A DNA stretch of 64,000 nt, taken from assembly GCA_030704615.1 (NCBI GenBank), contig CM060733.1:806001-870000 (forward strand). Direction: 5' to 3'. Positions 1 through 12,300 of this stretch are shown here, one piece after another. The first letter of the stretch is position 1. Each line of letters opens with the position of its first letter. The translations under genes were made by a program, and so were the position numbers. This DNA is from Takakia lepidozioides. Taxonomy: Eukaryota > Plantae > Bryophyta. The notes under the pieces are model-generated. The model worked only from the letters and a program-made list of their open reading frames with translations. It searched no databases and had not been told where the DNA came from.

Positions 1-53
1 AGGTATGTGGGCAGCCAAGTCTTACTTCAAGCCAGTGTATGGCAAAGACATTG

Positions 54-76
54 CTCTCTCTCTCTCTCTCTCTCTC
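54..76. repeat. (CT)n microsatellite
   Basis: Uninterrupted CT dinucleotide run. Confidence 0.9.
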
Positions 77-1009
77 GGCACTAGACTGACTTTTAAACTC
101 AGGGTGGGGAGCCTACACCAGAGACTGACCCTCTTCAGGAACATTGAGAACATATAGTTCTGCACCCTGAGTCACCAACTTTCAAAAACTCCAGGTTGAG
201 CCTAAAGCCCTGGCCCTGTTGGCAATTAACTTTTGGGCGGCTCACAGACAGCAGATTGATGCTTGTGTGAAGGGCTTTCTAGAGGATATCTGGAAGGACG
301 GAATTAATTGTGTATATCAAGGTAAGTCACATTACTGGAGTGAGCCCCTCACAAATGTAGTGCCTATTGCCTATGTTTCCTTCCAAACTGGGCGCAGGGT
401 CTATGGCCACAAGGCTACGGCAAACTAGGTTTTATGAGTACATCCTATCACATACTGCAATGCAACTATTAGTGCACCCACAGCCACATGTGTCACCTGT
501 GTGAGGTAGACGACTAGTACACTACTAGTGGTGAGTCAGCATCATGTAATATGGTGTGAGGTCCATGCCAATCCTTGTGTTGAGACATATATTCTGGTGG
601 TGTCAGCTGTGCAAGGGAGGTCAGTACAGGGACTATGTGGTCGAGGGTACCTCCTACCAAATGTGTGCAGTGAATGGTCAATGCATGTATATTCCTCTTC
701 AGGATGCAACCCCACCACCAGCTGCATTTAGGAGGATCAAAGCCCTTTATATTGGTATGGCAAAGTCAGTAGGGATTGTGCATGCTCCACTAACGATGTA
801 ACCCTCTCTCAGTTTTCTCTTGAGGATTCCTTTCCAGTTGTGACCCATCCACAACTGGCCAGAAATCAAATGCCACCAAAGCTCAATCTCAATGGGGTCC
901 GTTCTATCTCTATCCATCCAGAAGACAAGGCTATGGCAAACAACGTCTTATGAGTACAATCTATCCATCCAGAAGACCCTTTCAGAAGTAATTACTGTTG
1001 GTCAGTCAG

Positions 1010-3250
1010 GTTCGGATGGCACAAGCAGTGGGCCGACTACGCCGCACAGCCATTCAGTACACAGATGCCCGCGTGCGTTTGGTAGGAGAGGTTTTGACAG
1101 GGGTCCGGGTGGTCAAATACAATGGGTGGATTGCTCCATTCTTGAAGCAAATAAAGGACTTGAGGACCAACGAGATGTAGCCTCAGGGTCACATGATTCT
1201 CTCAAAGTTGTTGATCAGTTTGGACATGAAATATCTTTGTTAACTGAAGAAAAAAAAAGTGAAAACAGATGTTGTAAGCCTGTTTCTTGATAAATGGCAG
1301 CTAGACATTGAAGGTCCATGGTTAGCATAGTAGCACTGTTTTTCTCTGTTCAGAGCTGAAGGCAAAGACAACTGCTGCGTGTACATGGGGCCACTTATCC
1401 CTTAGAGCTAGGACTGCAATTCTTCTAAAGGCACATATCAACCCTTATGTGCTTGGATGTTCACCAAACTGTCTTGATTCCTGTAGCTTCTGCATCCTGT
1501 CCCAATAGGAAAGGTCTCCATTGCTATCCCAAATCCAACCATCCCTGCACCTAGATGTATCCACCTTATATTTGAGTGCTTAGAAAAGAGATCCAATAAT
1601 GGCATGCAGGATTGCACCCTGGATCGCCTTGAGGCACCATGTCCAATCAATTGAACTAATTGAACATAGTATTCTAGAGTGAATTGTATGCTTTGCTTAA
1701 ATGTGTCTGTTTCTGGATTTCACAATTGTTTGTGATATTTGGGATGCTGTTTATGTTCCCGATGCAGGATGGAGTTACCCCATTAGCATCTTTGGTGACA
1801 TTTGGAACATATGTAGCAATGAAGGGGGGTGCAGCACTGACACCCAGCCTGTCTTTCACAGTCCTTGCTTTCTTCAGCATTCTTGTGCGTGTATTCTCCT
1901 TTGCTCCCACAGGTATTGCTTGTTGATTCCATGGCTCCAAATAATTGAAATCCCCCTTAATGTTCTGTCCAAGTGTCTTCCCTCAAATCAGTATCGGTAT
2001 TGAACTCCATAAGCCCCATGGTAGGTTGAACTATGATGTCAATTAACTTTTTATTCTCTGCCTCACTCCTATGCCTCACATTTGCATTTACAACCAGCTT
2101 GTTTGAAGCTGAATTTAGAGCATACAGTCTTGCTGGCTGTGAGAGATGGATAATAGTTCCTCGTCAGAATTGCCATGAAACCGTAGGTTATCTCCTGCAG
2201 GGTCAATGATGGTCTCATTGCCATATATGTGATGGCAAAGCAAGACCAATACATGACACTACCAGATATCCCGCTAAAAGAGGGCAAAACATTTTTTTGC
2301 AGACAGTATGACCCTGAATCATAACCCTTGGATAAGGAGTGCACAATTAAAAGCAATCAATGTCTGTGTACAGCTACTAGATTGAGGTAACCAAGTTGAC
2401 TTGCGGATCAACTGGGGTACAGTTTGCATCAGAAGCTCTGGTAGCAGTTCAACGGCTTCAAAGGCTTCTTGACCTCCGCAATGGAAATGGATCTAACAGT
2501 TCTAAAGAAATAGCTGAGGTATCACCTTTTGTAGTTGATATTCTTTGAACCATGCGCTGGTAATTGTCTAAATCAGCCAGGGGAGACAGAAGGGGAAAAA
2601 ATTATTACATCCACTGTAAGAAAAGTTGAAGTTAAGTTGAAGTTTGTTCTAACGTCCAGCGAATTTACAGAGCCTACTCCTGAATTTCAACACTCAATTA
2701 TGGATGAAATTTGTGCCTATTCCTGTTAAACGTAGTGAGGACAAGAAAAAGAAAGGACCGATAAAAAGACTGTACAGCATGCACAGGAAGCCAGAAACAA
2801 GGAACAGTTAGTGGGAAAGATAGGGAGAAGATGCATCAATGTTCATCTCTCATGATAAATCTTCTTGAGCTCTTGGTCACACCTACCCTACCCTCTGAGG
2901 CTGGATTTGACTGTCGGATTTGTAATGTGAAACATTGCCAGATGTCTTCAAGGAATCCAGATGCATCAGTGTTTGTCTCTCATGCGACATTTTCTTGGGC
3001 TCTTGGTGGCAACTAGCCCACCAAAAGAAGACCCCAAGCACAACCGCAAGAAAGCAGTACAAAGAAACAGAGGGCTCCCCCACCAACAGCTAAAACCAGT
3101 AAAGCTAATGGACTGGAAAAAACTCTAAATCAAGTGGCACAATTGAATGGGATCAACCTTGAAGTCAAGAGAGGGGCGCTGGTGGCCATAGTTGGGCCTG
3201 TAGGAAGTGGAAAGAACTCACTGCTCTTGGGACTTCTGGGAGAGATGGAG
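1010..3250 (+). pseudogene. ABC transporter subfamily C (MRP-like) fragment: TMD1 to start of NBD1, spliced, disrupted
   Basis: Exons ~1010-1176 (TDARVRLVGEVLTGVRVVKYNGW), 1768-1912 (LASLVTFGTY...FTVLAFFSIL), ~2415-2518 (EALVAVQRLQRLL) and 2942-3250 (ATFSW...[25 protein letters not shown]). In-frame TAG at 3014-3016; Walker A reads GKN rather than GKS; no downstream exons before the TE block. Confidence 0.8.
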
Positions 3251-3360
3251 GTACGGGGCATACTCTTTGTTGTGTTGCAGGGTTGGACACAGGGAGAGGA
3301 GAGAAATAAAATGAAATGAAATGGTGCTTTATAACCAGAGAGAGAAATGACGAGCAGTGA

Positions 3361-3592
3361 GTGCTCCCTACAAATGAACCTGAGTACGAGGTGGAGGCAA
3401 TACTTAAGTCGAGGAGGTTCAAGAACCGAGAAACGGAGTATCTGGTCAAATGGAAGGGCTATTATCATGTGGAGGCATCTTGGGTGCGTGCCTCAGAAAG
3501 GGAAACGATCCGAGGCGGTTGCAGCTTTCAAAGGGCGACCTCAAAAGCGGAAGAAGCGTGATGGGGACATAACTTGGAGCGTGGGGGAGGAA
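3361..3592 (+). mobile_element. Chromovirus integrase chromodomain remnant plus polypurine tract
   Basis: YEVEAILKSRR...EYLVKWKGY...ASW chromodomain signature, followed by purine tract GGGGGAGGAAA at ~3583-3593. Confidence 0.75.
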
Positions 3593-3593
3593 A

Positions 3594-5177
3594 TGCATAC
3601 TTAGCCCGGCTTAGCTAGCTTAGGAATCCGATTGCAAAAACTTGTATTGTACAAAACGTGCTATAAATGAAATGGATTCCAAATGTTGTGCGTCCTATTT
3701 TGTTTGGAATGATGATGCATGGTATGGTTGGCTAGTGTGTAGAATGCATGCTAGCTTATAAAAGTGGGAGAGGTAAATTGGGTAATCGTGTGTTGCGTAG
3801 GGCCGAAATCGGGTGACCCCCATCCAAGGGGCAAGGAAACTTGCGCCTTCTTTGGGAGTTCACGTGCTAGTGCGCACCTGCGCGTGCGCATACTATAATG
3901 CGCTACGAGGGGGTTGCCTTGTAGTGCGGGCTAACGCGGAAGCTACGTGCTTCCGTTCAGTACTATAATCGTGTAGCCTCGGGACGAAGTCGTAGTGCGG
4001 CTTCGGCGTGTTCCTGTACCTAGGCCAGCATTCCAAGGCGGACCCAATTGTAGTGATTGGGGCGCACGGTTGGTTCAAGGTTATCTCCTAGTCAAGAGGT
4101 TCCAGGGAACCCTTGCTCAAGATGATGCCAAAACGCGGAACATGAGCGTCGACAAAGCAATGTTGTTGCAGTAAGGCGATCGATCCTCGGGGAGGATCGT
4201 TCCTTGGCCTTAAAGTAGGCCAAGAAGAGTGCACTGGGAGGAGCTTGAGAGGCTCCACCCTGGCCGGGACTTGGAGGAAGTCGGCCGAACTAGCTAGTGG
4301 AGAGTAGAGTCAAGTGTGGGGTTTGGTTCTTTGCCATGGGACGCCATGGTGCGGGAAACAAACTCCTTGATGTTGGACGCCACAACTTGGATGTTCGTTT
4401 CTACAAATGGACAAGTCGATGAGGACATCGACTCCCTGTTGGTAGGGTGTGTGTCGCGGCCCTTTGCCTTGAGGGCAGGGGGTCGGGACACATGAGGGGC
4501 TGCCCCTGTGGTGGGGGCAGCGGAGCGATGGGATGGGGAGGGCTGAAGCACCCTTGAGTGCCCAAGGCACTGAAGGAGGCGGAGGCGCTCACTAGGTGGA
4601 GCCCCGCACACCGGGTTGCGGTGGGGGTGGTCCACAAGGGGTGGTGGTAGCATAGCTAGTGGGGGTGGTGGGGGACTTGTGGGGGTGGCATAGGACTCAC
4701 CATAGGTGGAGACCTCGTGGTGGGAGTCGTGGGGAGTCTTGGGACTCATCACAGCCCAATGGGGTCGTGGTGAGAGGGCCAAGACTCACCGCGACTCACC
4801 ACCGGGAGTCGAGGGTTCGGTGGTTCGCCATAAAATGGCATGGCTGGTTGTGAAACCCCCGCGGACAGCTACAGAAGATAATAGGGAGTAGTAACCCGAG
4901 AACGGTGCAAGCCGTTGGTGTCCAAAAAACTAGTGAGTAAGCAAGCGAGCCGGAAAGCGACCAAAGAGTGGGGAGCTGTCCGGACTGCCATCTACCAAAG
5001 GGAATTCCACTAGGCCCAAATAGGTGGAGGGTCTTTCGGGAGAGCGAAGGGGGACCGTTATGTCCCGGTGAGCAGCCGAAGCTCCGAGTTGCCCGGCGGC
5101 CAGGTTGGGAGTCGGCGCGCGCATCAAAGCGAGGAACTATGACTTGAAGGGGAGCTTACGAAGTGAGGTGCGCGACA
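3594..5177 (+). mobile_element. Probable 3' LTR of the chromovirus, interrupting the MULE-like transposase
   Basis: Starts TG right after the PPT and ends GCGCGACA where transposase homology stops. No partner LTR in the window. Confidence 0.4.
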
Positions 5178-6778
5178 CTGCAGTGGCTGTCGTAGACATG
5201 TGAACCCATTGTCACCCACTGGTGATTTGTAATCGCTTGATATGGTCGAACATGACCCAAACTGTTGACAAGTCCCCACTCGTCATCCTGTCGACCAGTT
5301 CGACGCCGCTGCCAGGTCCACACGTGGACATTTGAATACGAAACAACGATCTGCCTCAGTCCCTTGTCCTGGAAACCTACTCCATGAATGTAGTCATATC
5401 CACATCGTCGCTTCACCTCCAGAATGGAGTGCATATCCGAGCCACGCCCAATTTTCTGTTTGCATGAGACAATGTGGTTTCGGACATTCGGTGAACATAC
5501 GTGGGACACCGACTCCAGCAATGCTTTCTCATCGAGAGGAACTCTATCGGAGCCGTCTTCCGACATAATTCTGGCCAATGCCATCTTATGGGCGGCTTGG
5601 AGCTGTATCTGTTTGGGTTTGGCACCCGGTCTCAACTTAACCTCCTCCTGAACGTACTGCTTTGCCTCGTGGGTAGCCTCCCGCGAGTTCCCCCTCGCCA
5701 ATTTGTGACAATTGGAACCAACGTGTATGCAAGCTCGGGTGAGGTCAGGGAAACGGTGCAACACATAGAATGCTTGGCATTACAAACAGACATGCAGTGT
5801 GGTGGTTCTTTGCAATGCGCACACTTAAATGTGGAGTTCGGAACCTTCTCCTGAGCTCGAAATGGTTGATGAGTTGTGCCTGTCCAATCGGTCTCGATCC
5901 TGTGACCTCTGGATTTAAAGTGGAAGCAAGTTGGGGAGAAACACCGCAACGCGCCCGCACAAACAACGTAGCGCACCCGCACACCATCGAGCATCTTCAT
6001 GCTGGTGGTTTTGGTAACGCACCAAGGATGACCGTCATGTTTTCTATCCATATCTGTCAACATTCCAGACGCCCTCAAGTAGTCCGCCCGAGGAGGGAAC
6101 TCAAAGAAGATATTACCATCGACGTCGGCGGGAAGGCATGTAACCGATTTAATTGCAAACGTGCTGTAGTCCAGCCCGGCCAGCTCCGACCGGTGTCCCT
6201 CCAGGTGAAGCCCTCGTAGAATTTCAAGAATAGATCGAACTGCGGTGCTCGTGATGGGAATATGACTCCCTCCTCCACTGACGTCCATTGAGGACTTGCC
6301 TGATCTCCAGGACGACCTCGGAACTTCCATGACCTCGTCTGAGTCGGACAGGTTGTGAACAACCCGGTTCTCGCTCGTCTTCATGGATGGGTTCGGCTCT
6401 GGATTTACTTCGTTGCGGACTTCTCTCTTTGAGGTAGCCACTCTCCTGATTCGCGGATTGTTTCGTGGAAGGCGCCAGGATAGAAGGTGCATTTGGCGGG
6501 CAAATGAAGTCCCCAACAGCCCTGTATATGACACTGTCCGATGGTGGAACTCGCCATTCCCTGCCATCGCTGAAATCATTGTGGAGCACAACAATACTCT
6601 CGACAACAAGGCCGTTTGAGTCCTTCTTTTCCTCCTCCAAAAAAACCGACCCCGGTTTCAGGTGGTATCGAACGCACAGATATTTCTCCATCACCCGGCA
6701 GATGTTCCCTCTGCACGGAAATGAAGCTCTATGCTCGTGAGGAGGGCAGTACACTGTAACGCTCGGGTTTTCCGCCAT
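5178..6778 (-). pseudogene. GCM/WRKY-like Zn-domain MULE-like transposase, frameshifted and truncated
   Basis: Three overlapping ORFs: DGHPWCVTKTT...CAGALRC..PTC...CAHC...C..VC...RACIHVG..CH, then WVMFDHIKR...WVTMGSHVYD, which resembles the first acidic strand of a MULE-type DDE core. Confidence 0.6.
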
Positions 6779-7079
6779 GGGAGATGTGCACACAAAACTG
6801 CCAGGATGGCGTGTGGGGAAGCTCTCTGGTAGAAGGGGGATGCAGCGATGGGAAGGAATGCGGTGCCGATTTGTCCGAGCGACGAAGCCTGATCCAAATC
6901 CAGGGAGCCAACTATCTCAAAAATCCACAGTCAGAGTGTTAATGAACCTTGTCTCCGGAATGCAGCCCCTGGTCTTTGCGCAATAACTGCCAACGGTATG
7001 CAGTCAGAAAGTGGGGGGCCGTCCGGATGATGACGGCTAAAGGGGAGAAGCCGGCACCGTGCCGTCACATTATTACCCA

Positions 7080-8050
7080 CGAATAGAAATTCGGCACCCA
7101 ATATCCAACAGGGGCCGCACGGATGAAGTCGTCTGGGGCAGAGATGTCGGCACCTGTCCGACAGAGAACATCCCCTGGACGGAAATTCAGCGCCGAATTT
7201 CCATTCGGATCCCCCCAAAGGAAGTCCTGTCGGGGGGTCAGGCCGAAAACTGGCCGACATAAAAAACCTACGCGGATGGAAAAACGGCGCCGAATTTCCA
7301 TCCGAGGCCTTTCGGATGCAGTCGGCTCGGGGGAAAGGCCGCCATCTGGCCCTCACATTACAACCCCGGACGGAAATTCGGCACCGAATATACAACAGGG
7401 GAAGCCGGATGAAGTCGCCTCGGGCGCAGAGGCCGGCGCGTGTGCGACAGAAACATCCCCTGGATGGAGATTCGGCGCCGAATTTCCATCCGGGCCCCCC
7501 AAAGGAAGTCGTGTCGGGGGGTCAGGCCGAAAACTGGCCGGCATAAAAACATCCCCAGATGGAAAAACGGCGCCGAATTTCCATCCGGGGCCGTTCCAAT
7601 GCAGTCGGGGAGGGGGGAGAGGCCGGCACCTGGCCGTCATATTTCAACCCCGGACGGAAATTCGGCACCGATATCCAACAGAGCGGCGGAGAGGCCGGCA
7701 CCTCTCCGACAGAGACCATCCCCCGGATGGAAATTCGGCGCCGAATTTCCATCGGGGCCCCCTCCAAGGAAGTCGTAAAAACCTCCCCAGATGGAAAAAC
7801 GGCGCCGAATTTCCATCCGGGGCCATTCCAATGCAGTCGGGGAGGGGGGAGAGGCCGGCACCTGGCCGTCATATTTCAACCCCCGGACGGAAATTCGGCA
7901 CCGAATATCCAACAGAGCGGCGGAGAGGCCGGCACCTCTCTGACAGAGACCATCCCCCGGATGGAAATTCGGCGCCGAATTCCATCGGGGCCCCTCAAAG
8001 GAAGTCGCAGAAACCTCCCAGAATGGAAAAACGGCGCTGAATTTCCGTCC
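7080..8050. repeat. Palindrome array A: ~12 copies of GGAAATTCGGCGCCGAATTTCC variants, ~95-bp spacing
   Basis: Cores at ~7085, 7181, 7278, 7372, 7466, 7561, 7656, 7729, 7793, 7889, 7963, 8025. Perfect 28-bp palindrome GATGGAAATTCGGCGCCGAATTTCCATC at ~7726-7753. Confidence 0.9.
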
Positions 8051-8167
8051 GAGGCTGTTCCGATTTGCCTCTAGCAGTCACGGATTCCAAGAAAAACGTG
8101 TCTACAAGTGCACTTCAGCCACAAAACAAACAGTTAGGTTTGTTTTTCTCCGAAAAATCAATCCGAC

Positions 8168-8280
8168 ACGCTCAGAAGTACCTGTAGGAAGGTAATTCAG
8201 CGCTCAGAATTACCTGTAGGAAGGTAATTCAGCGCTCAGAATTACCTGCAGGAAGGTAATTCAGCGCTTCGAAATACCTG
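8168..8280. repeat. 32-bp tandem repeat with AATTACCT...AGGTAATT dyad
   Basis: CAGCGCTCAGAATTACCTGTAGGAAGGTAATT repeated about 3 times. Confidence 0.85.
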
Positions 8281-8284
8281 GCGA

Positions 8285-9135
8285 ATGAAAATTCGGCGCC
8301 GAATATCCATACGCCAGCGAGTCGAATTACCTGCAGGATGGAAATTCGGCGCCGGATTCCCATCCATCCGGGATTCGAATTACCTGCAGGATGGAAATTC
8401 GGCGCCGGATTCCCATCCATCCGGGATTCGAATTACCTGCTGGATGGAAATTTGGCGCCGGATTCCCATCCATCCGGGATTCCACTTACCTGCTGGATGG
8501 AAATTCGGCGCCGGATTCCCATCCATCCGGGAGTCGAATTACCTGCTGGATGGAAATTCGGCGCCGGATTTCCATCCATCCGGGATTCGAATTACCTGCT
8601 GGATGGAAATTCGGCGCCGGATTCCCATCCATCCGGGATTCCACTTACCTGCTGGATGGAAATTCGGCGTTGGATTTCCATCCATCCGGGATTCGAATTA
8701 CCTGCAGGATGGAAATTTGGCGCCGGATCTCCATCCATCCGCTCTCCGCCCAACCTTGCGGATGGAAATCCGGCGCCGGATTTCCATCCATCCGCTTCTG
8801 AATTACCTGCGTGAGGGAAATTTGGCGTGCCGCCCTACCTGCGCGGATGGAAATCCGGCGCCGGATTTCCATCCATCCGCTTCTGAATTACCTGCGTGAT
8901 GAAAATTTGGCGCGCCGCCCTACCTGCGCGGATGGAAATCCGGCGCCGGATTTCCATCCATCTGCTTCTGAATTACCTGCGTGAGGGAAATTTGGCGCGC
9001 CGCCCTACCTTTCTGGATGGAAATTCGGCGCTGAATTTCCATCCTCCTGCGCTCCGAATTACCTGCAGGATGGAAATCCGGCGCCGGAATGCCATCGTGC
9101 AGCGCTCCGAATTACCTCCGAATTACCTCCGAATT
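8285..9135. repeat. Palindrome array B: 53-bp tandem repeat grading into ~85-bp units
   Basis: ATG(G/A)AAAT..GGCG at 8285, 8338, 8391, 8444, 8497, 8550, 8603, 8656, 8709, 8762 (exact 53-bp period). Confidence 0.92.
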
Positions 9136-9357
9136 CCGGGCCTCTTTCCGTCGATTTTCATCCGACTTGGAGGGCTTCATCCGACATTTAATTGCGCAGT
9201 TGGGCAATAAATGTCCACCACTGTCGGTTTTCATTCGGGCTGGCGACACATGGCTTCCTGGATACGTACCCTAAATCTCATGCTAATCTTGGCTTAACAT
9301 GCTATTCGAGGCATGTACCCCAAAAACGGAGATCTTTTTCCATTTTGGCTGGGACTT

Positions 9358-12300
9358 ATGCCGCCTGAAGGGCATGGCTCTCCTGAGAGAGACCTCACAT
9401 CCAGACCGCGGCGGAAGTTGAAAGCTCTGTACTACGGTCGACAGCCAATCTCTCGCATGGCCAAACTGAAGCTCCAGCAGGAGATTCCAATGTCTTGCTC
9501 ACAACCCGCGCCAACTGAAGCCGAGTACTCTCAGGCAAGCCACTTCTGCTTTCGCTTTGTTCGATTTCGCTTTGTTGCCTCGCTTTGTTTTTGCATCTTC
9601 ATCCTGGCTTCGCTGGATGAGTGAACTTTAGATAGTTGAGTGAACCTTAGATTGTTTGCAATGCGTGTGCAAATCCGGCAACTCTGGAGAAGGCTGCTTG
9701 TGCATGTCATTCTCAGGCAATGGTTGCATTGTTTTCATTGTTATTGCATGGCTCTCCATACTTCCTAAACTTGTTATGTTTTCATTTTTGTTACACGATT
9801 GTTGCTATGGTGGTTGTGCTGCTCGTTGCGATGCTGGTTTTTGCACCGATGTTGGTTTTCACGATTTTTGGGAACGACAGAGTGACGACGAGCCCGACAC
9901 GCTGGTGGTATCATCGACAGCTCCAAGTCATCGCATGTTTGAATCGCCCAACTTGGGGCGAGAGGGCAAACTTAAACCTTTTGTTGGTGGACGGGAGGAC
10001 TTGCAACGACAGTACGACAGAATAGGCATTGGGGAGGTTGGTGCAGGCGGCATGGCAGGTGAAGGGCGTGAGGACATGAGGACAGCAGATCCGGCAATGG
10101 AGGTTGTTCATGCACATGCAGTAGGGCCCGCCCACGCAAAGAAAAAGAAGAAAGCTAAGCACATGCAATCCCCGGGAGAGAGAGCGTCACGGGCTGCGGA
10201 GGGGGGAGTGAGCAGTGCGCGCGAGGGTGTCAGTTCGCCTCAATCAAAGGTGGTCGTCCAGGAGGGCTCCCCTGCTGCTAGCCCTAGTAAGAAACAGAAA
10301 GCCCGTGAGAGGGAAAAAGAGAGGGCAAAAGAACAGACGAGACAGAATGCTAGCCAGGAGGAAAGAGAAAAGGCCACTGAAGAGGCCAGGGGTGCCCAAA
10401 TGATAGATGCCAATGTAAGCGAGGGACGCACAGAGACGGTGGATCCCTCCAAGACACCACAGAGAGGCAGTAACACACCGGTTAGACCATCGCGGGCAAG
10501 AGCAGCCCCTGCAATTATCCATACGGTGGAGAGTGGAGGAGAGGAAAGAACACCAGAAAGAGCACGGATTGTGCAAGTTCGAGGTGAAGCCAGGGAGAGG
10601 GCAGTAGAGACGGGGAGAGTGCTGGAGGTGGATTCGCAGGTGGCTGACCCTGTTGAGGAGGACGACAGGGAGCTTTTTGACCAGGATGACATCCTCCCGG
10701 ACATCCCCAGGCCCCAAACCCGGAGCATACAGGCTGGATTGGCGGTCCTGGTGGGCTGCCGGAAAACCCCTCTGCAGCAGACGTCATGTCTGAGGTGGAT
10801 ATGAAGTTGGCCGCTGCCAAGATGTTGGAGGCAACCCACAGCAACATTGGCAGGGTGCTGGGGGGCATGGTGTACCCGGTCAAGCTTCAAATTCCCCTTT
10901 GTCGCTTGGTGTCATTGCAGGTGGTGAGACCTACCCTCCTAGGCGATATCGACAAGCTGAAATTCTCTTTTCGGGATGGATATCGAATGGGGTCTGCCGC
11001 GTTTTACGTTTCCATTGAGAACGACCACGGAGCTTCCCGTGCCCACACTTCCGATGAGGTGGACAAATGGGGTCCCCATTGGCAAACGCGAAATGAGGAG
11101 TTCGAGAGATCGATTGCTAGTGATCCTCTTTTCCAGCACTTGTCCGGTAAGATGTTCTACGTGTGGGACGGCAATCATCGCCTCCTAGCATGGATGGAGC
11201 ACATTGCCCAAGCCCACCCCAACGACCTCGATTGGCATTTCGTCGTGGATTGTGTTGTGCTGAAGGTTGCGGGGCCCAAAGATCGCAGTCTTATCAAAGC
11301 TGCAATGGCCGACATCAACTCGTAAGCTACAACGCCTCTCGCTTTTGGACTTTGAATTTGGAAGTCATTTCATTGCGAATCCTCATATATGATGAAAATT
11401 CCCATTTCAGTATTGTTTGATGGAAATGTGGCACTGCAGGGTGACTGAGAATGCCTTCATTGCCACCAACTTGTCCCATATGCTCTTCCGAGTGAAGGAT
11501 GTCGGGAAGCAGGGGGTGCAAGAGTTTGCCAATTCCCTCAGTGCCGACCTCATGCGCAAGTCGGAGGCAAAGGCAGACAGAACCTGGTATAGGCTGAGCG
11601 TCGACGCCATGGTGGACTACATATTTCGGGTAAAGCTCCTGACAGTTTTGTTGAGCTAATCTGTCTCTCCTCCCCAATAGAAGAAAAGGTCTTCACCGTG
11701 ATTTCTAATCTCCTCCCCCAATATAAGAAATTGTGTTGAGCAGGATCTCTAATCTTATGTGCGCATTCTTGACAGACAAAAATACAGCAGGATTTGGCAC
11801 ATGCGCGGAGGTTCTACATGGAGTTAGAGGAGAAGAATCCAACCCTCCCGGAACTCGAATCGTATGTCAAAGCTGCGGAGGTGAGGGCCCGCATAAAGTA
11901 CAAGTCGCGGATGGTAAAGTACGTGGCCATAGCTGATCCCGCCCTTGGTGCCGACTTTCTGGTGGAGGTGGGGAAGCACTACTCTCGCGCTCTGAAGCCC
12001 ACGATGACATTGGAGAAAGCTCCATCGTCTAGCCACATCCTGTGTGGATGCAACAGAAAAGGTGATACATTCTTAACAAAATTGTGGTGGCAACAACTTC
12101 TTTTTGTGGTGTTTGGCGCTTACGAATATGCTGGGTGGTTGGACAGACCCGGTGGCTCCAAATCTGGAATGGTTCCCAAAGTACCAGGGACATGTGGAGC
12201 TTCCCCAAACCGGACAAAACTCTCTGACCCCACATTCGACATGTGGATGAACCGCATGACATGGTGGTTTCAGGTACTTTCCCACGCTTCGTTTGGGGCT

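Noticed and set aside
4294-4891. Pro/Gly-rich ORFs
   Set aside because: GC-skewed sequence inside the probable LTR, with no recognisable domain.
7080-9135. CRISPR-like array (palindromic repeats with spacers)
   Set aside because: Spacers are themselves repeated, no cas genes are present, and the context is eukaryotic.
7059-9274. Many overlapping ORFs (MEIRRRISI...)
   Set aside because: By-products of stop-poor palindromic repeats, open on both strands.
10240-10890. Antisense ORFs of 120-216 aa
   Set aside because: Shadows of the low-complexity + strand exon.
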